Origin: a virus
Taxonomy: Duplodnaviria > Caudoviricetes
Strand: one strand, 5' to 3'
Length of the DNA: 24,769 bases
Virus record (IMG/VR): IMGVR_UViG_3300029171_000045
Location: 1-24,769 of that record
Under the pieces are notes generated by a model, which did not search any database, was not told the DNA's origin, and worked only from the letters and a program-made list of their open reading frames with translations. Shown piece by piece: positions 8,534 to 16,599 of this stretch; position 1 is the first letter of the stretch; every line of letters begins with the position of its first letter. The position numbers and the translations under genes were made by a program.

Positions 8534-8645
8534 AGGGATACGATAGTTCCTACGTCAGCCGCACGATACGCGGTGCGGTGTTGCCGTCCGATAACGGTAC
8601 GTGAAGAAGAGCGATAAACAAACCCTTTTGTTTATCATTCACGTA
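8523..8645 (+). ncRNA. Candidate structured RNA / capsid mRNA leader with three CGAUA-loop hairpins and a long 3' hairpin
   Basis: Hairpins at 8534-8551 (loop ACGAUA), 8558-8574 (loop ACGAUAC) and 8582-8599 (loop CCGAUA), each with G-U pairs. A nested stem follows: 8598-8605/8638-8645 plus 8613-8622/8627-8636. Confidence 0.6.
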
Positions 8646-8657
8646 TTGGTTAAAATT

Positions 8658-9773
8658 ATGTCATTTACTACCTTCAGTGTATCTGATGTGCAGACCTTGA
8701 AATTATGGTCTAAACGTCTTCTTCAAGACAATATTTCCAATGAAACTTTAATTGGCGGCTTTTTAAGTGATAAAGTCTTAGTGCGTCAAGATGAGTTACA
8801 ACGTAGCGCAGGGGACCAAATTAAAATTCACCTCCGTAGAAGGCTATCTACTAAAGGTTTTATTGGTGATGAGATGGCCACCTCAAATGAAAAATCCCTA
8901 ACCTATTTCCAGGATTCATTGCTCATTAACGAACAGCGCGAAGTTGTTCAGAATTCTGCAAAAAATACCATAGGTCAACAGCGTGTCCTATTTAATTTGG
9001 AAGAAGATACCTATGAAACATTGCGGGATTGGTTTAGGGAGAAAATGATTGTCGGAACGCTCAACCAACTTGTTGGTAATACAGCGCCTTCAATTACTTA
9101 TGATGGCGACACTTATACTGGTGCTGATTTGGTAAAGATCACCGGTATGAATGCTGCCCGTGCCCCTTCTGGCACTGGGCGTATATTCCGTCCAAACTCC
9201 CTCACAACCGATCAAGCGGTAAATGGTGATACGACAGCAACCGCTAAATTATCCCATATTCTTGAAATGGAAAAGTTTGCTGAAAAAACAAGGCCATATT
9301 TCAAGCCATTGGATGGGAAAATGGATGGGGAGAGCTATAAGTATCTCTACCTAGTCCATACGGATGTGTTTAACCAGTTGCTTGAAGATACGACCGCGCC
9401 TTATCAATTCCGTGATATTTACTACAACCGCCTAGCGGCTGGTAAAATGATGGGATTCGGGCGCAGTGGTGTTTTCAGCCAAACAAAGATCATGTCCATT
9501 GATAAGCTTCCATTTGGTGTTCATTCTTCCACGGGTGCTGAACAGACAAATACCCGTCGCGGGGTATTCCTCGGGCGCGAAGCAGGGGCTTTGGCTTTCG
9601 GTCAAGGATTCTCTGATGGCAAAGACACCATCGCGGGTTTCATGTTCAAAACAGATCAAGTTGACGTTCAAAAACTTGACCGTATTGCAGTGGTAGGTAT
9701 TTGGGGTGTCGTGAAAACGGTATTCGATTCAATCGATTATGGCACGATCGCCACAACCCATTACACAGCATAA
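8658..9773 (+). CDS. Major capsid protein (N4-gp56/DUF4043-like, HK97 fold inferred)
   Basis: KLWSKRL, DELQRSAGDQI...L...L...G..GDE....NE..L......L.INEQR, QQR..FNL, RRGVFLGREAG.LAFG, IWGV.KT.F...DYG.I. The ATG at 8658 is preferred over the GTG at 8601, which lies inside the hairpin leader. Confidence 0.9.
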   Translation: MSFTTFSVSDVQTLKLWSKRLLQDNISNETLIGGFLSDKVLVRQDELQRSAGDQIKIHLRRRLSTKGFIGDEMATSNEKSLTYFQDSLLINEQREVVQNSAKNTIGQQRVLFNLEEDTYETLRDWFREKMIVGTLNQLVGNTAPSITYDGDTYTGADLVKITGMNAARAPSGTGRIFRPNSLTTDQAVNGDTTATAKLSHILEMEKFAEKTRPYFKPLDGKMDGESYKYLYLVHTDVFNQLLEDTTAPYQFRDIYYNRLAAGKMMGFGRSGVFSQTKIMSIDKLPFGVHSSTGAEQTNTRRGVFLGREAGALAFGQGFSDGKDTIAGFMFKTDQVDVQKLDRIAVVGIWGVVKTVFDSIDYGTIATTHYTA

Positions 9774-9795
9774 TGATTTTTAAGGAGATATTAAC

Positions 9796-10266
9796 ATGGC
9801 ATTAGGTGCAGTTACGGCCACTATCCCAGTGGCCTCTAAATGGCAGGCAGGGCATGAATTAACCGGATACGGTTATTACAATATAGGCGCTGCTGTTGCT
9901 CAAAACGATACGATTACTTTTACAGACATTATCCCGGCGGGCGGGGTGGAGATTGTGGATGTCATTATTGACACGCCAAAGATTGATACCAACGCAACGC
10001 CTACCGCATTGTGGATTGTGGGAGATTCTGGGGATAATGACCGTTTTATTAACGATGTTTCGGGCGGCTGGGATGATGAAACTACCCGTATCCGATATGG
10101 CGTTAACGTAGCTTCTACTAGCAGCGGGGTGATCGATACAGGAGTGGGTTATCGCTATACGGGCGCTGCTTCACTGATTGCAAAGATAGATGCGGCTGTC
10201 GCTACAGCCGCTTCCAGCGGGTTTGTAGCATTGATGGTTCGTTACCGCTGCTCTGGCACTGTATAA
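9796..10266 (+). CDS. Putative capsid decoration/cement protein, copy 1
   Basis: Directly after the capsid gene with a strong AAGGAG site (9782-9787); beta-rich with IPAGG..VDV and VGDSGDNDRF motifs. Confidence 0.7.
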   Translation: MALGAVTATIPVASKWQAGHELTGYGYYNIGAAVAQNDTITFTDIIPAGGVEIVDVIIDTPKIDTNATPTALWIVGDSGDNDRFINDVSGGWDDETTRIRYGVNVASTSSGVIDTGVGYRYTGAASLIAKIDAAVATAASSGFVALMVRYRCSGTV

Positions 10267-10278
10267 ATAATAAAAGAT

Positions 10279-10312
10279 TGGGATGCTAACATCATAAATA
10301 GTTAGCATCCCA
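10279..10312 (+). terminator. 12 bp hairpin, possible terminator/attenuator or RNA processing site
   Basis: TGGGATGCTAAC, 10 nt loop, GTTAGCATCCCA. There is no clean U-tract, only T-rich sequence a little further downstream. Confidence 0.55.
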
Positions 10313-10355
10313 TCCTATGTAATTATTTCTTTCATTTAGACGGAAAGGCTACGTT

Positions 10356-10796
10356 ATGGCAGATTACAATGGCGTTGTGCCAGATTCCCCCAAATGGCAG
10401 GCAGGCTCGGAATTAACAAGTTATGGATATTATGAGATAACTGGCCCTTTGAATACGGGGGACAAAATTATCTTCACTGGTTTGCTTCCTGATTTTGGTA
10501 TCAAAATTGTACAGTTAATCCTTGAAACGGGAGTTATTGATTCTACGGGCGAATATTTAGGAAATGTAAGTGTCGGTGATTCTGACGATCCTGCAAGGTT
10601 CATTGATAATATTTCGGCTGGCTGGCTTTTTGGTCCTAGTAGAGCTTGTTTCGGCATTAATACCCCCGGTGGGTTCGGCTTCAAATACACAGAGCCAGTA
10701 CCTATCATCTTGGAGGTTGTAGGAACCCTCGACGTTCCAGAGGTTACGGGCTTTATTTCCCTTACTGTTCGGTATTTTTGCTCAGGGCGGAAGTAG
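10356..10796 (+). CDS. Putative capsid decoration protein, copy 2 (paralog of 9796-10266)
   Basis: Shares KWQAG.ELT.YGYY.I, VGDS.D..RFI...S.GW and L.VRY.CSG with the upstream gene. Confidence 0.7.
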   Translation: MADYNGVVPDSPKWQAGSELTSYGYYEITGPLNTGDKIIFTGLLPDFGIKIVQLILETGVIDSTGEYLGNVSVGDSDDPARFIDNISAGWLFGPSRACFGINTPGGFGFKYTEPVPIILEVVGTLDVPEVTGFISLTVRYFCSGRK

Positions 10797-10797
10797 C

Positions 10798-11427
10798 ATG
10801 CCAGCAACCAATTTCCTTTCCATGAAAACAACTATTCAATCCATGGTCAACCGTGGGGATGAAGAGTTGAATAATATAGGTAGTAGTGTTGTTGCTGCCA
10901 TACGTTTTTATGAAAGAAAAAGACTTTGGTTTAATGAAACCATTGTAGAAAATCTTACACTTTCTGTGAGTAATTCATCACTTTCTCTTCCGGTGAATTT
11001 CAAAAAAGAAATATTGGGACGTGTTACCGTCAATGGCCAATGGCGTGGCAAAGGTCGGGGATTCGAAAAGACAAGTTTCGAAAAACTAAAGAATGAAATA
11101 TTTCTAGACCCTAATGCCACAGGGTTCCCAGAGAATTGGGCAATTTTTGGCAATACTATCTATGTCGATAAGCTTGCTGATCAAGATTATACACTAGGTT
11201 TAGCCTATGTTTATGGCGATACATCCCTTCCGAGTGCCGATGGGGACATTTCAATATGGTTTGATGAAGCTAGGGACTTGATACGTTATTACGCCGCTGG
11301 CCTTTATTACCAAGATTACCTACATGGGGAAGAAAAGGCGCAATTTTACTTTGGAAAAGCTAATGAGTGGATGCGCAACCTTACAGATGATTTTGTAAAC
11401 CGTGAAACAGAATTGGAGCTTGAATAA
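10798..11427 (+). CDS. Head-tail adaptor protein
   Basis: 209 aa after the capsid module; AAIRFYE....WFNE, TGFPENWAIFG..IY....D.DYTL, and W.DEARDLIRY.A pattern of podovirus adaptors. Confidence 0.7.
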   Translation: MPATNFLSMKTTIQSMVNRGDEELNNIGSSVVAAIRFYERKRLWFNETIVENLTLSVSNSSLSLPVNFKKEILGRVTVNGQWRGKGRGFEKTSFEKLKNEIFLDPNATGFPENWAIFGNTIYVDKLADQDYTLGLAYVYGDTSLPSADGDISIWFDEARDLIRYYAAGLYYQDYLHGEEKAQFYFGKANEWMRNLTDDFVNRETELELE

Positions 11428-11939
11428 TGCCTAATACCACCACTAATTATGGCATGTATAAGCCCTTAGTAAATGATCCAGTCGATCAAGATTTATGGGG
11501 TGCTTATCTCAATACCAATTTTGATACGTTGGACAGCAACCTTAATACCCGGACGCAAAATTGTAACTTCGCCGATTTCCAGCTTATACGGCCTTATACT
11601 AAAGATGTTGCAGAGGTGGTTTATAATGCTGGCAATATCAGTGGGGCGGTTACGCTCGATTATGAAAATGGCAATGTCCAATACGCCACAGCAACGGGAA
11701 ATATTTCAGGTATTACCATAAATAATTGGCCTGCTACGGGGCGCGGTGGGTTCTTGACGTTAGAAATTACCCAGGACGGTACAGGGGGGCGCACCCTCAC
11801 GCTTAGCTCTGCATATGTTACAGCAGGAAATGCTGCAATTACCCTAAGCACTGGCGCGGGGGATGTGGATGAAATTTATTTCCGTACCCGCGACGCAGGA
11901 ACAACCATAAAAACTGATATTAACCTGGATTATAGCTAA
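11427..11939 (+). CDS. Short tail fibre / fibre base protein
   Basis: N-terminal attachment motif TTNYG..KP....D.D.WG..LNTNFD.LD. C-terminal domain LDYENGNVQ...TGN...TINNWP..G....LTLEITQDGTGGRTLT, common at phage fibre ends. Confidence 0.7.
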   Translation: MPNTTTNYGMYKPLVNDPVDQDLWGAYLNTNFDTLDSNLNTRTQNCNFADFQLIRPYTKDVAEVVYNAGNISGAVTLDYENGNVQYATATGNISGITINNWPATGRGGFLTLEITQDGTGGRTLTLSSAYVTAGNAAITLSTGAGDVDEIYFRTRDAGTTIKTDINLDYS

Positions 11940-11940
11940 T

Positions 11941-12675
11941 ATGGCGTTGTTTTCTACGCGATTAGGGATTTTAGCGAGTGGAGGAGGGGGAAACATTCCT
12001 ACCCGGTCGCTAGATTTTGAATCCAGTAGTTCGCAGCAATTAAGCATGAGCAGCGCCAATTTTGGCGCATTTAATAGGGACAAGGGAACATTTAGCCTTT
12101 GGTTAAAAGTAGAATCAGCAGCAATATTAGGAAGGAATACGCCAGTTTGGGAGAAGGGGCAGGGATCAAGCAATAAAAGCTTTAGACTTGGTTTTAATGA
12201 TGCCAGTGCTTTTTTCTTGGAAATCTCCACTAATGGAAATACGTGGGATGGTTTGTTGGTAACTAATGCCACTTATAGCATTGGTACATATCGTCACATC
12301 AAATGCTTGTATGATCTTCAAAATAGCACGGCCAATAATAGGCTAAGAATTTGGGTCAATGGCAGCGAAATAAGTTCTTTTAGTTCAAGGACTAATCCTC
12401 CGCAAGTTTCTTTATTTAATTCCAACGATACTGTGCAAATAGGTGGTGGGCCAGGCGATTATGACGGGTTGATCTATCAACCAGCCTATTTTTCCGGGAT
12501 GGATGTGGATATTGCCAATCTTTACAATGCAGGCCAGCCGCGTGATGTTACACAATTATCTGGTTTGTATTCATTGCTGCAAACTACGGCAACAGGTGAT
12601 TTAACTGATGATTACATCCTTGCGGCTAATTGGACAAATGTAAACGGCGTAATGAAATCGACGGACGTGCCATGA
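11941..12675 (+). CDS. LamG/concanavalin A-like lectin domain protein, candidate receptor-binding protein
   Basis: RSLDF, TFSLWLK, YRHI...YD.......NRLRIWVNG, V.IGG, YDGLI, IANLYNAG.P. Confidence 0.78.
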   Translation: MALFSTRLGILASGGGGNIPTRSLDFESSSSQQLSMSSANFGAFNRDKGTFSLWLKVESAAILGRNTPVWEKGQGSSNKSFRLGFNDASAFFLEISTNGNTWDGLLVTNATYSIGTYRHIKCLYDLQNSTANNRLRIWVNGSEISSFSSRTNPPQVSLFNSNDTVQIGGGPGDYDGLIYQPAYFSGMDVDIANLYNAGQPRDVTQLSGLYSLLQTTATGDLTDDYILAANWTNVNGVMKSTDVP

Positions 12676-14726
12676 TAATAGGTCGCCGCTCTGATATTAC
12701 CGTCAATCCTGGCACCAACCGCACACCAGATGCGACCGACACTGAAACTTTGCATTGGGTAGATACCCAAAATGCCCGTTTCTTCAATGGGAAACTGCGT
12801 AAAGACAGTGGGTGGGATAGTGTGGAATTTTCTAACAACCAGATAATACTAGGTTGTGGCAGGATGCTTTACGGATACCGTAGCATCAATAAAGACCGCC
12901 TAATGATCGGGACTAGCACGCGCCTATATGTATTCCAGGATGGCGCACTGTATAATATCAGTCCATTAGTGACTAGCACGACTGCAATAGCAAATTCCTT
13001 GGATACCAATTACACTACTCTGGCCACTGACCCATTTACTACGGTAATTGGCAGCAGAACCGTAACCATAGCACATACTGCTCATAAACTATTTTCAGGT
13101 GACAGTATAACTATTTCCGGGGCAGCCACTACCAATGGGATCCCAAATACTGAGTTGAATGCTACACATATAGTGCGTTCTACTACCACCAATAACTATA
13201 CTATCATGGTGCCCACCACAGCGGCTACTAGCAGCGGAACGGGGGGAGGGGCTTCTGTGGTAGAAGCCACTGCCATTATTACGGTCAACGCAGCAGCGCA
13301 TGGATTTCTAAGTGGTGACCGTGTGAAAATTACTGGGGCAACCGCAACAGGCGGTATTCCAGCATTAGAAATTAATGCAGAGCATATTATCCGCAACGTT
13401 CTCACAAATACATTTGATATTGTAGTGCTTACCAAAGCAACTTCTTCTGTTACAGGTGGGGGAGGGGCTGGCACCTTGATGCAGGGACAAATTGCAGAAG
13501 GTGTCTGTGATTATTCCGTAGGAATTGGTTATGGGGGAGGATTATATGGTGTTGGTCTATACGGTGTTGCAAAACTCTTTGTTTCTGCTGCACTTTATCC
13601 CCGTATCTGGTCTGGGGGTAGGTTCGGTAATGATTTTATAGGCACCCCAGGCGGTGGAACTGGCGTTTATATATGGCAAAACAATACGTCTATTGCCGCT
13701 ACTCCCTTAACCAATGCCCCTACCCAATGCAATTGGGTGTTCATTGCACATAATGCCGTTGTAACATTGGGTGATTCAGGTATTGGGAACCGTATAAAAA
13801 TCAGCGACCGGGGCGACGCGACGATATGGGTTCCATCCGCTTCTAGTTTAGCTTATGAGGATGACATTGAAGGGGCGGGGACATTCATTTCTAGCGCTCA
13901 AAGCAAGGAAATTGACCTGCTTTTCAGTGAAACGGAAGTGCTAATCTTACGCTACGTAGGCTTGCCGGATATTTATGCGACTGACACGTTGCTTTCGAGT
14001 GATAGTATTATTGCCCCGAAAGCCCGTATCGAAGTGGAAGGGGCTGTGTTTTGGATGGGGAGCAAGGATTTCTACGTATATGACGGATCCGGCGTTAGTA
14101 GATTGCCAAACAATACCTTGTATGAATATATTTACAATAATATCAACTACGAACAACGTTGGAAGATATTTTGTGCCCCGATTTCCAAATTCAATGAAAT
14201 TGAATTCCATATTCCGCTAGGAACGCAAAACGAGCCTATAACGGTTGTAAAATATAATTATAAAGAACAGACATGGACTTTAGTAGGCACTAGGAACCGT
14301 ACAGCAGCGGAAGAGCCTTATAATTTACTGCGCACTCCTTATCAATTGGATGCAGAGAGTGAAACAGTAGCAGGTACGCTATATCGACATGAAAGTGGCG
14401 TGGATGATGATAATTCTGCTATGGATTTTTTTGCTTTTACGAATTTTGCCAAAATAGGCAATGGTGATTCCACTATGGAAATTATCGGCCTTGTTCCAGA
14501 TGGCACTATAGAAGGTAATGCAGAGGTCACACTCTATACCAAAAATGCGCCATATGATGCCAATATTAGAACATTTGGCCCATATTCTATTGATTCTACC
14601 ACTGAATTATTAACGTTCAGAGCGCAAGGACGCTATCGCCAGTATAAATTTGAGCAAAATAGTATAGGCGATGAATTTATCATGGCCCCCTGGTATGAAT
14701 TAGTAGAGGGAGGGACGCCACGATGA
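12672..14726 (+). CDS. Tail nozzle / packaged-DNA stabilization protein (P22 gp10-like position) with two inserted beta-repeat domains
   Basis: ATG at 12672 overlaps the upstream TGA. WVD..NARF.NG...K..GW, beta-propeller-like AVFWMG..DFYVYDG, FNEI.F..P, YNYKEQTW, LYRHESG.DDD, FRAQGR. Confidence 0.78.
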   Translation: MIIGRRSDITVNPGTNRTPDATDTETLHWVDTQNARFFNGKLRKDSGWDSVEFSNNQIILGCGRMLYGYRSINKDRLMIGTSTRLYVFQDGALYNISPLVTSTTAIANSLDTNYTTLATDPFTTVIGSRTVTIAHTAHKLFSGDSITISGAATTNGIPNTELNATHIVRSTTTNNYTIMVPTTAATSSGTGGGASVVEATAIITVNAAAHGFLSGDRVKITGATATGGIPALEINAEHIIRNVLTNTFDIVVLTKATSSVTGGGGAGTLMQGQIAEGVCDYSVGIGYGGGLYGVGLYGVAKLFVSAALYPRIWSGGRFGNDFIGTPGGGTGVYIWQNNTSIAATPLTNAPTQCNWVFIAHNAVVTLGDSGIGNRIKISDRGDATIWVPSASSLAYEDDIEGAGTFISSAQSKEIDLLFSETEVLILRYVGLPDIYATDTLLSSDSIIAPKARIEVEGAVFWMGSKDFYVYDGSGVSRLPNNTLYEYIYNNINYEQRWKIFCAPISKFNEIEFHIPLGTQNEPITVVKYNYKEQTWTLVGTRNRTAAEEPYNLLRTPYQLDAESETVAGTLYRHESGVDDDNSAMDFFAFTNFAKIGNGDSTMEIIGLVPDGTIEGNAEVTLYTKNAPYDANIRTFGPYSIDSTTELLTFRAQGRYRQYKFEQNSIGDEFIMAPWYELVEGGTPR

Positions 14727-15004
14727 AGCCATTTCCCCCCACTAGTGGGTTAAAAACATTAGGTGATTGTATCGCACAATTACAGTCTATCAGCCAATTA
14801 CGCCAAGAAGATATTACCGATAATAAACGACAACGCTACGTGTTGGGAAGGCTACGGACTGATCGTGCCATCCCAACGAGTGCCGCTATAACCGGCGGCG
14901 ACGCGCTTGGGGATGTGGTTAGAGATGGTGATCAATATTGTGTAGTGGTGGACACAGGCTCTGCATATGAATGGCGGTGTATGCCGTTATTTGTGCCGGT
15001 GTAG
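14723..15004 (+). CDS. Small tail protein, possible needle/plug
   Basis: ATGA-coupled to the nozzle gene; short helical N-terminal part and a G..GDVVRDG....V.......WR beta tip; occupies the P22 gp26 slot in gene order. Confidence 0.45.
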   Translation: MKPFPPTSGLKTLGDCIAQLQSISQLRQEDITDNKRQRYVLGRLRTDRAIPTSAAITGGDALGDVVRDGDQYCVVVDTGSAYEWRCMPLFVPV

Positions 15005-15056
15005 AGAGTAATTTTTTGAAGATATGGGCTAAGGTAAATTTTAAGAGGGTGTAAAT

Positions 15057-15557
15057 ATGGTTGATCCAGTAACTATAGGACTTGTGGGCAGCACATTATT
15101 GAGTGGATTGTTTGGGGGTAAAAGTAAAACCCAAACATCCCAACCAACTGGGTTTAATGCGCTTCCCAAAGCAGTGCAAGACGCATGGTTAAATGTTGCT
15201 TTGCCAAAAATCACCCAAACGGCTAACAGGCCATATCAATCTATGCCAATGCAGCGCGTAGGTGCGCCAAAGGATATTTTTGATAGCCAGGCGCTTTATG
15301 ACCTGCAAAATTACAGTGATTCAATGGGAGGGTATTTCTCGCCCATTGCCGGAAGGCAACAGCCTATTGCGGCTCCTGTCTCCCCGATGGGGCCGCAACT
15401 TAACCAGACAGATTTTGAAGCATTAATCCGGGCAATTAATCCAAGTTTCGGCGCGCCAAGAAGCAAATTGGATGCGTTATTTGGGCGGCAAATACCTAAT
15501 CAAAGCCAGCAGCAAAATGCTATTTCAGCCGCTTATAAACAATATGGGATGAGGTAG
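15057..15557 (+). CDS. Putative DNA ejection (internal virion) protein 1
   Basis: MVDPVTIGLVGSTLLSGLFGGKSKTQTS: a hydrophobic Gly-rich N-terminus like P22 gp7-type pilot proteins; Q/P-rich, no Cys. Confidence 0.65.
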   Translation: MVDPVTIGLVGSTLLSGLFGGKSKTQTSQPTGFNALPKAVQDAWLNVALPKITQTANRPYQSMPMQRVGAPKDIFDSQALYDLQNYSDSMGGYFSPIAGRQQPIAAPVSPMGPQLNQTDFEALIRAINPSFGAPRSKLDALFGRQIPNQSQQQNAISAAYKQYGMR

Positions 15558-15561
15558 TGAG

Positions 15562-16599
15562 ATGACAAAATGGTCGCCAGCAGAGAATCAACGCATTTTA
15601 GGAAAGTATGGATATAGTGGCCCCGTTGGAAGTGGGCAGGCAGAGGCTTATCTATCGGCCAATCCCCAATATATCAATTCCTATGCAGCGGATCGTAGGC
15701 AGGTAGACCCTAACTATATGCTTAGCCCACTTTTGATGAATGCGCTTAACCAAGCGCAATATCAAGGTGGGGTCGCACCAGTAGGGCAAGTGGAACCATT
15801 TAATGCGGTTCAAAAAAGTGCGCTTTCCACTTATGCCAATGCCGATGCTACGCCTTACCAAAATAGCGCTAATAATTATTTTGGCAGCATTGCAGGGTTA
15901 TTTGGACAGGCAAATCCCATGATACAGGGCGCTACCAGTGCATTGAGTGGCGGGGCTATTAGCCAATATATGAATCCCTACAATGAACAGGTGATTCAAA
16001 ACACGGTGGGGGACATAAACCGTGCCGGTGATATTGAACGGAACCGCATTAATGCCAATAAACCAGGCCAGCGAAGTTTTGGGGACAGTTCCAGTGCAAT
16101 CCAAAATTCAGAACTTTCACGGAATATCCTGGATAGAATAGGCAGCACAACGGGAGCACTGCGCTCGCAAGGATACGATACCGCAGTTAGTAACATCAAT
16201 ACCGATAAAAACCGCCAACTTGCTGGCGCAACGACACTTCAACAGCTTATAGGGCTGGGCGGTGATCTTGGTGCCCAGCAGAGGGGTTTTGCAGAGGATG
16301 TTACACGCAACAAACTTGCGGCGGGTACGACAATCCAGAACCAGAACCAGAAGCTTTTGGATGTATTACGGCCTGAGATTGGGAATAGAACGAATTATGA
16401 TATGACCCAGCTTAATTCGCTTTTGGCATTGCTAAACCAATTTCCTGGTGGTGCTTCTGGAAGCACTACTTCAACCAGCCAAAATCCATTAGGTCAACTA
16501 GGCGGAGCAGGAATGCTAGGCTTTGGTTTGCTTGGTGGACAGATGGGCGGTGGACAATCAACCCCTTGGCTTAACCCAGATACCAATAGGTTTGTATGA
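15562..16599 (+). CDS. Putative DNA ejection protein 2
   Basis: Q/N/G/A-rich; YMNPYNEQVI, SFGDS, LRSQGYDTA, and a C-terminal NPLGQLGGAGMLGFGLLGG membrane-like segment. Confidence 0.7.
   Translation: MTKWSPAENQRILGKYGYSGPVGSGQAEAYLSANPQYINSYAADRRQVDPNYMLSPLLMNALNQAQYQGGVAPVGQVEPFNAVQKSALSTYANADATPYQNSANNYFGSIAGLFGQANPMIQGATSALSGGAISQYMNPYNEQVIQNTVGDINRAGDIERNRINANKPGQRSFGDSSSAIQNSELSRNILDRIGSTTGALRSQGYDTAVSNINTDKNRQLAGATTLQQLIGLGGDLGAQQRGFAEDVTRNKLAAGTTIQNQNQKLLDVLRPEIGNRTNYDMTQLNSLLALLNQFPGGASGSTTSTSQNPLGQLGGAGMLGFGLLGGQMGGGQSTPWLNPDTNRFV

Noticed and set aside
8509-8616. Regularly spaced CGATA motifs as a mini CRISPR array
   Set aside because: The shared unit is only 5 nt with a 23-25 nt period, far too short for repeat-spacer units, and there are no cas genes.
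8601-8657. 19 aa N-terminal extension of the capsid from GTG 8601
   Set aside because: This stretch forms the long hairpin, has no RBS, and capsid-like sequence begins at ATG 8658.
9760-9800. T7-style frameshift or readthrough extension of the capsid into the decoration gene
   Set aside because: The capsid ends in a double stop TAA TGA with no slippery run before it, and the next gene has its own strong RBS.
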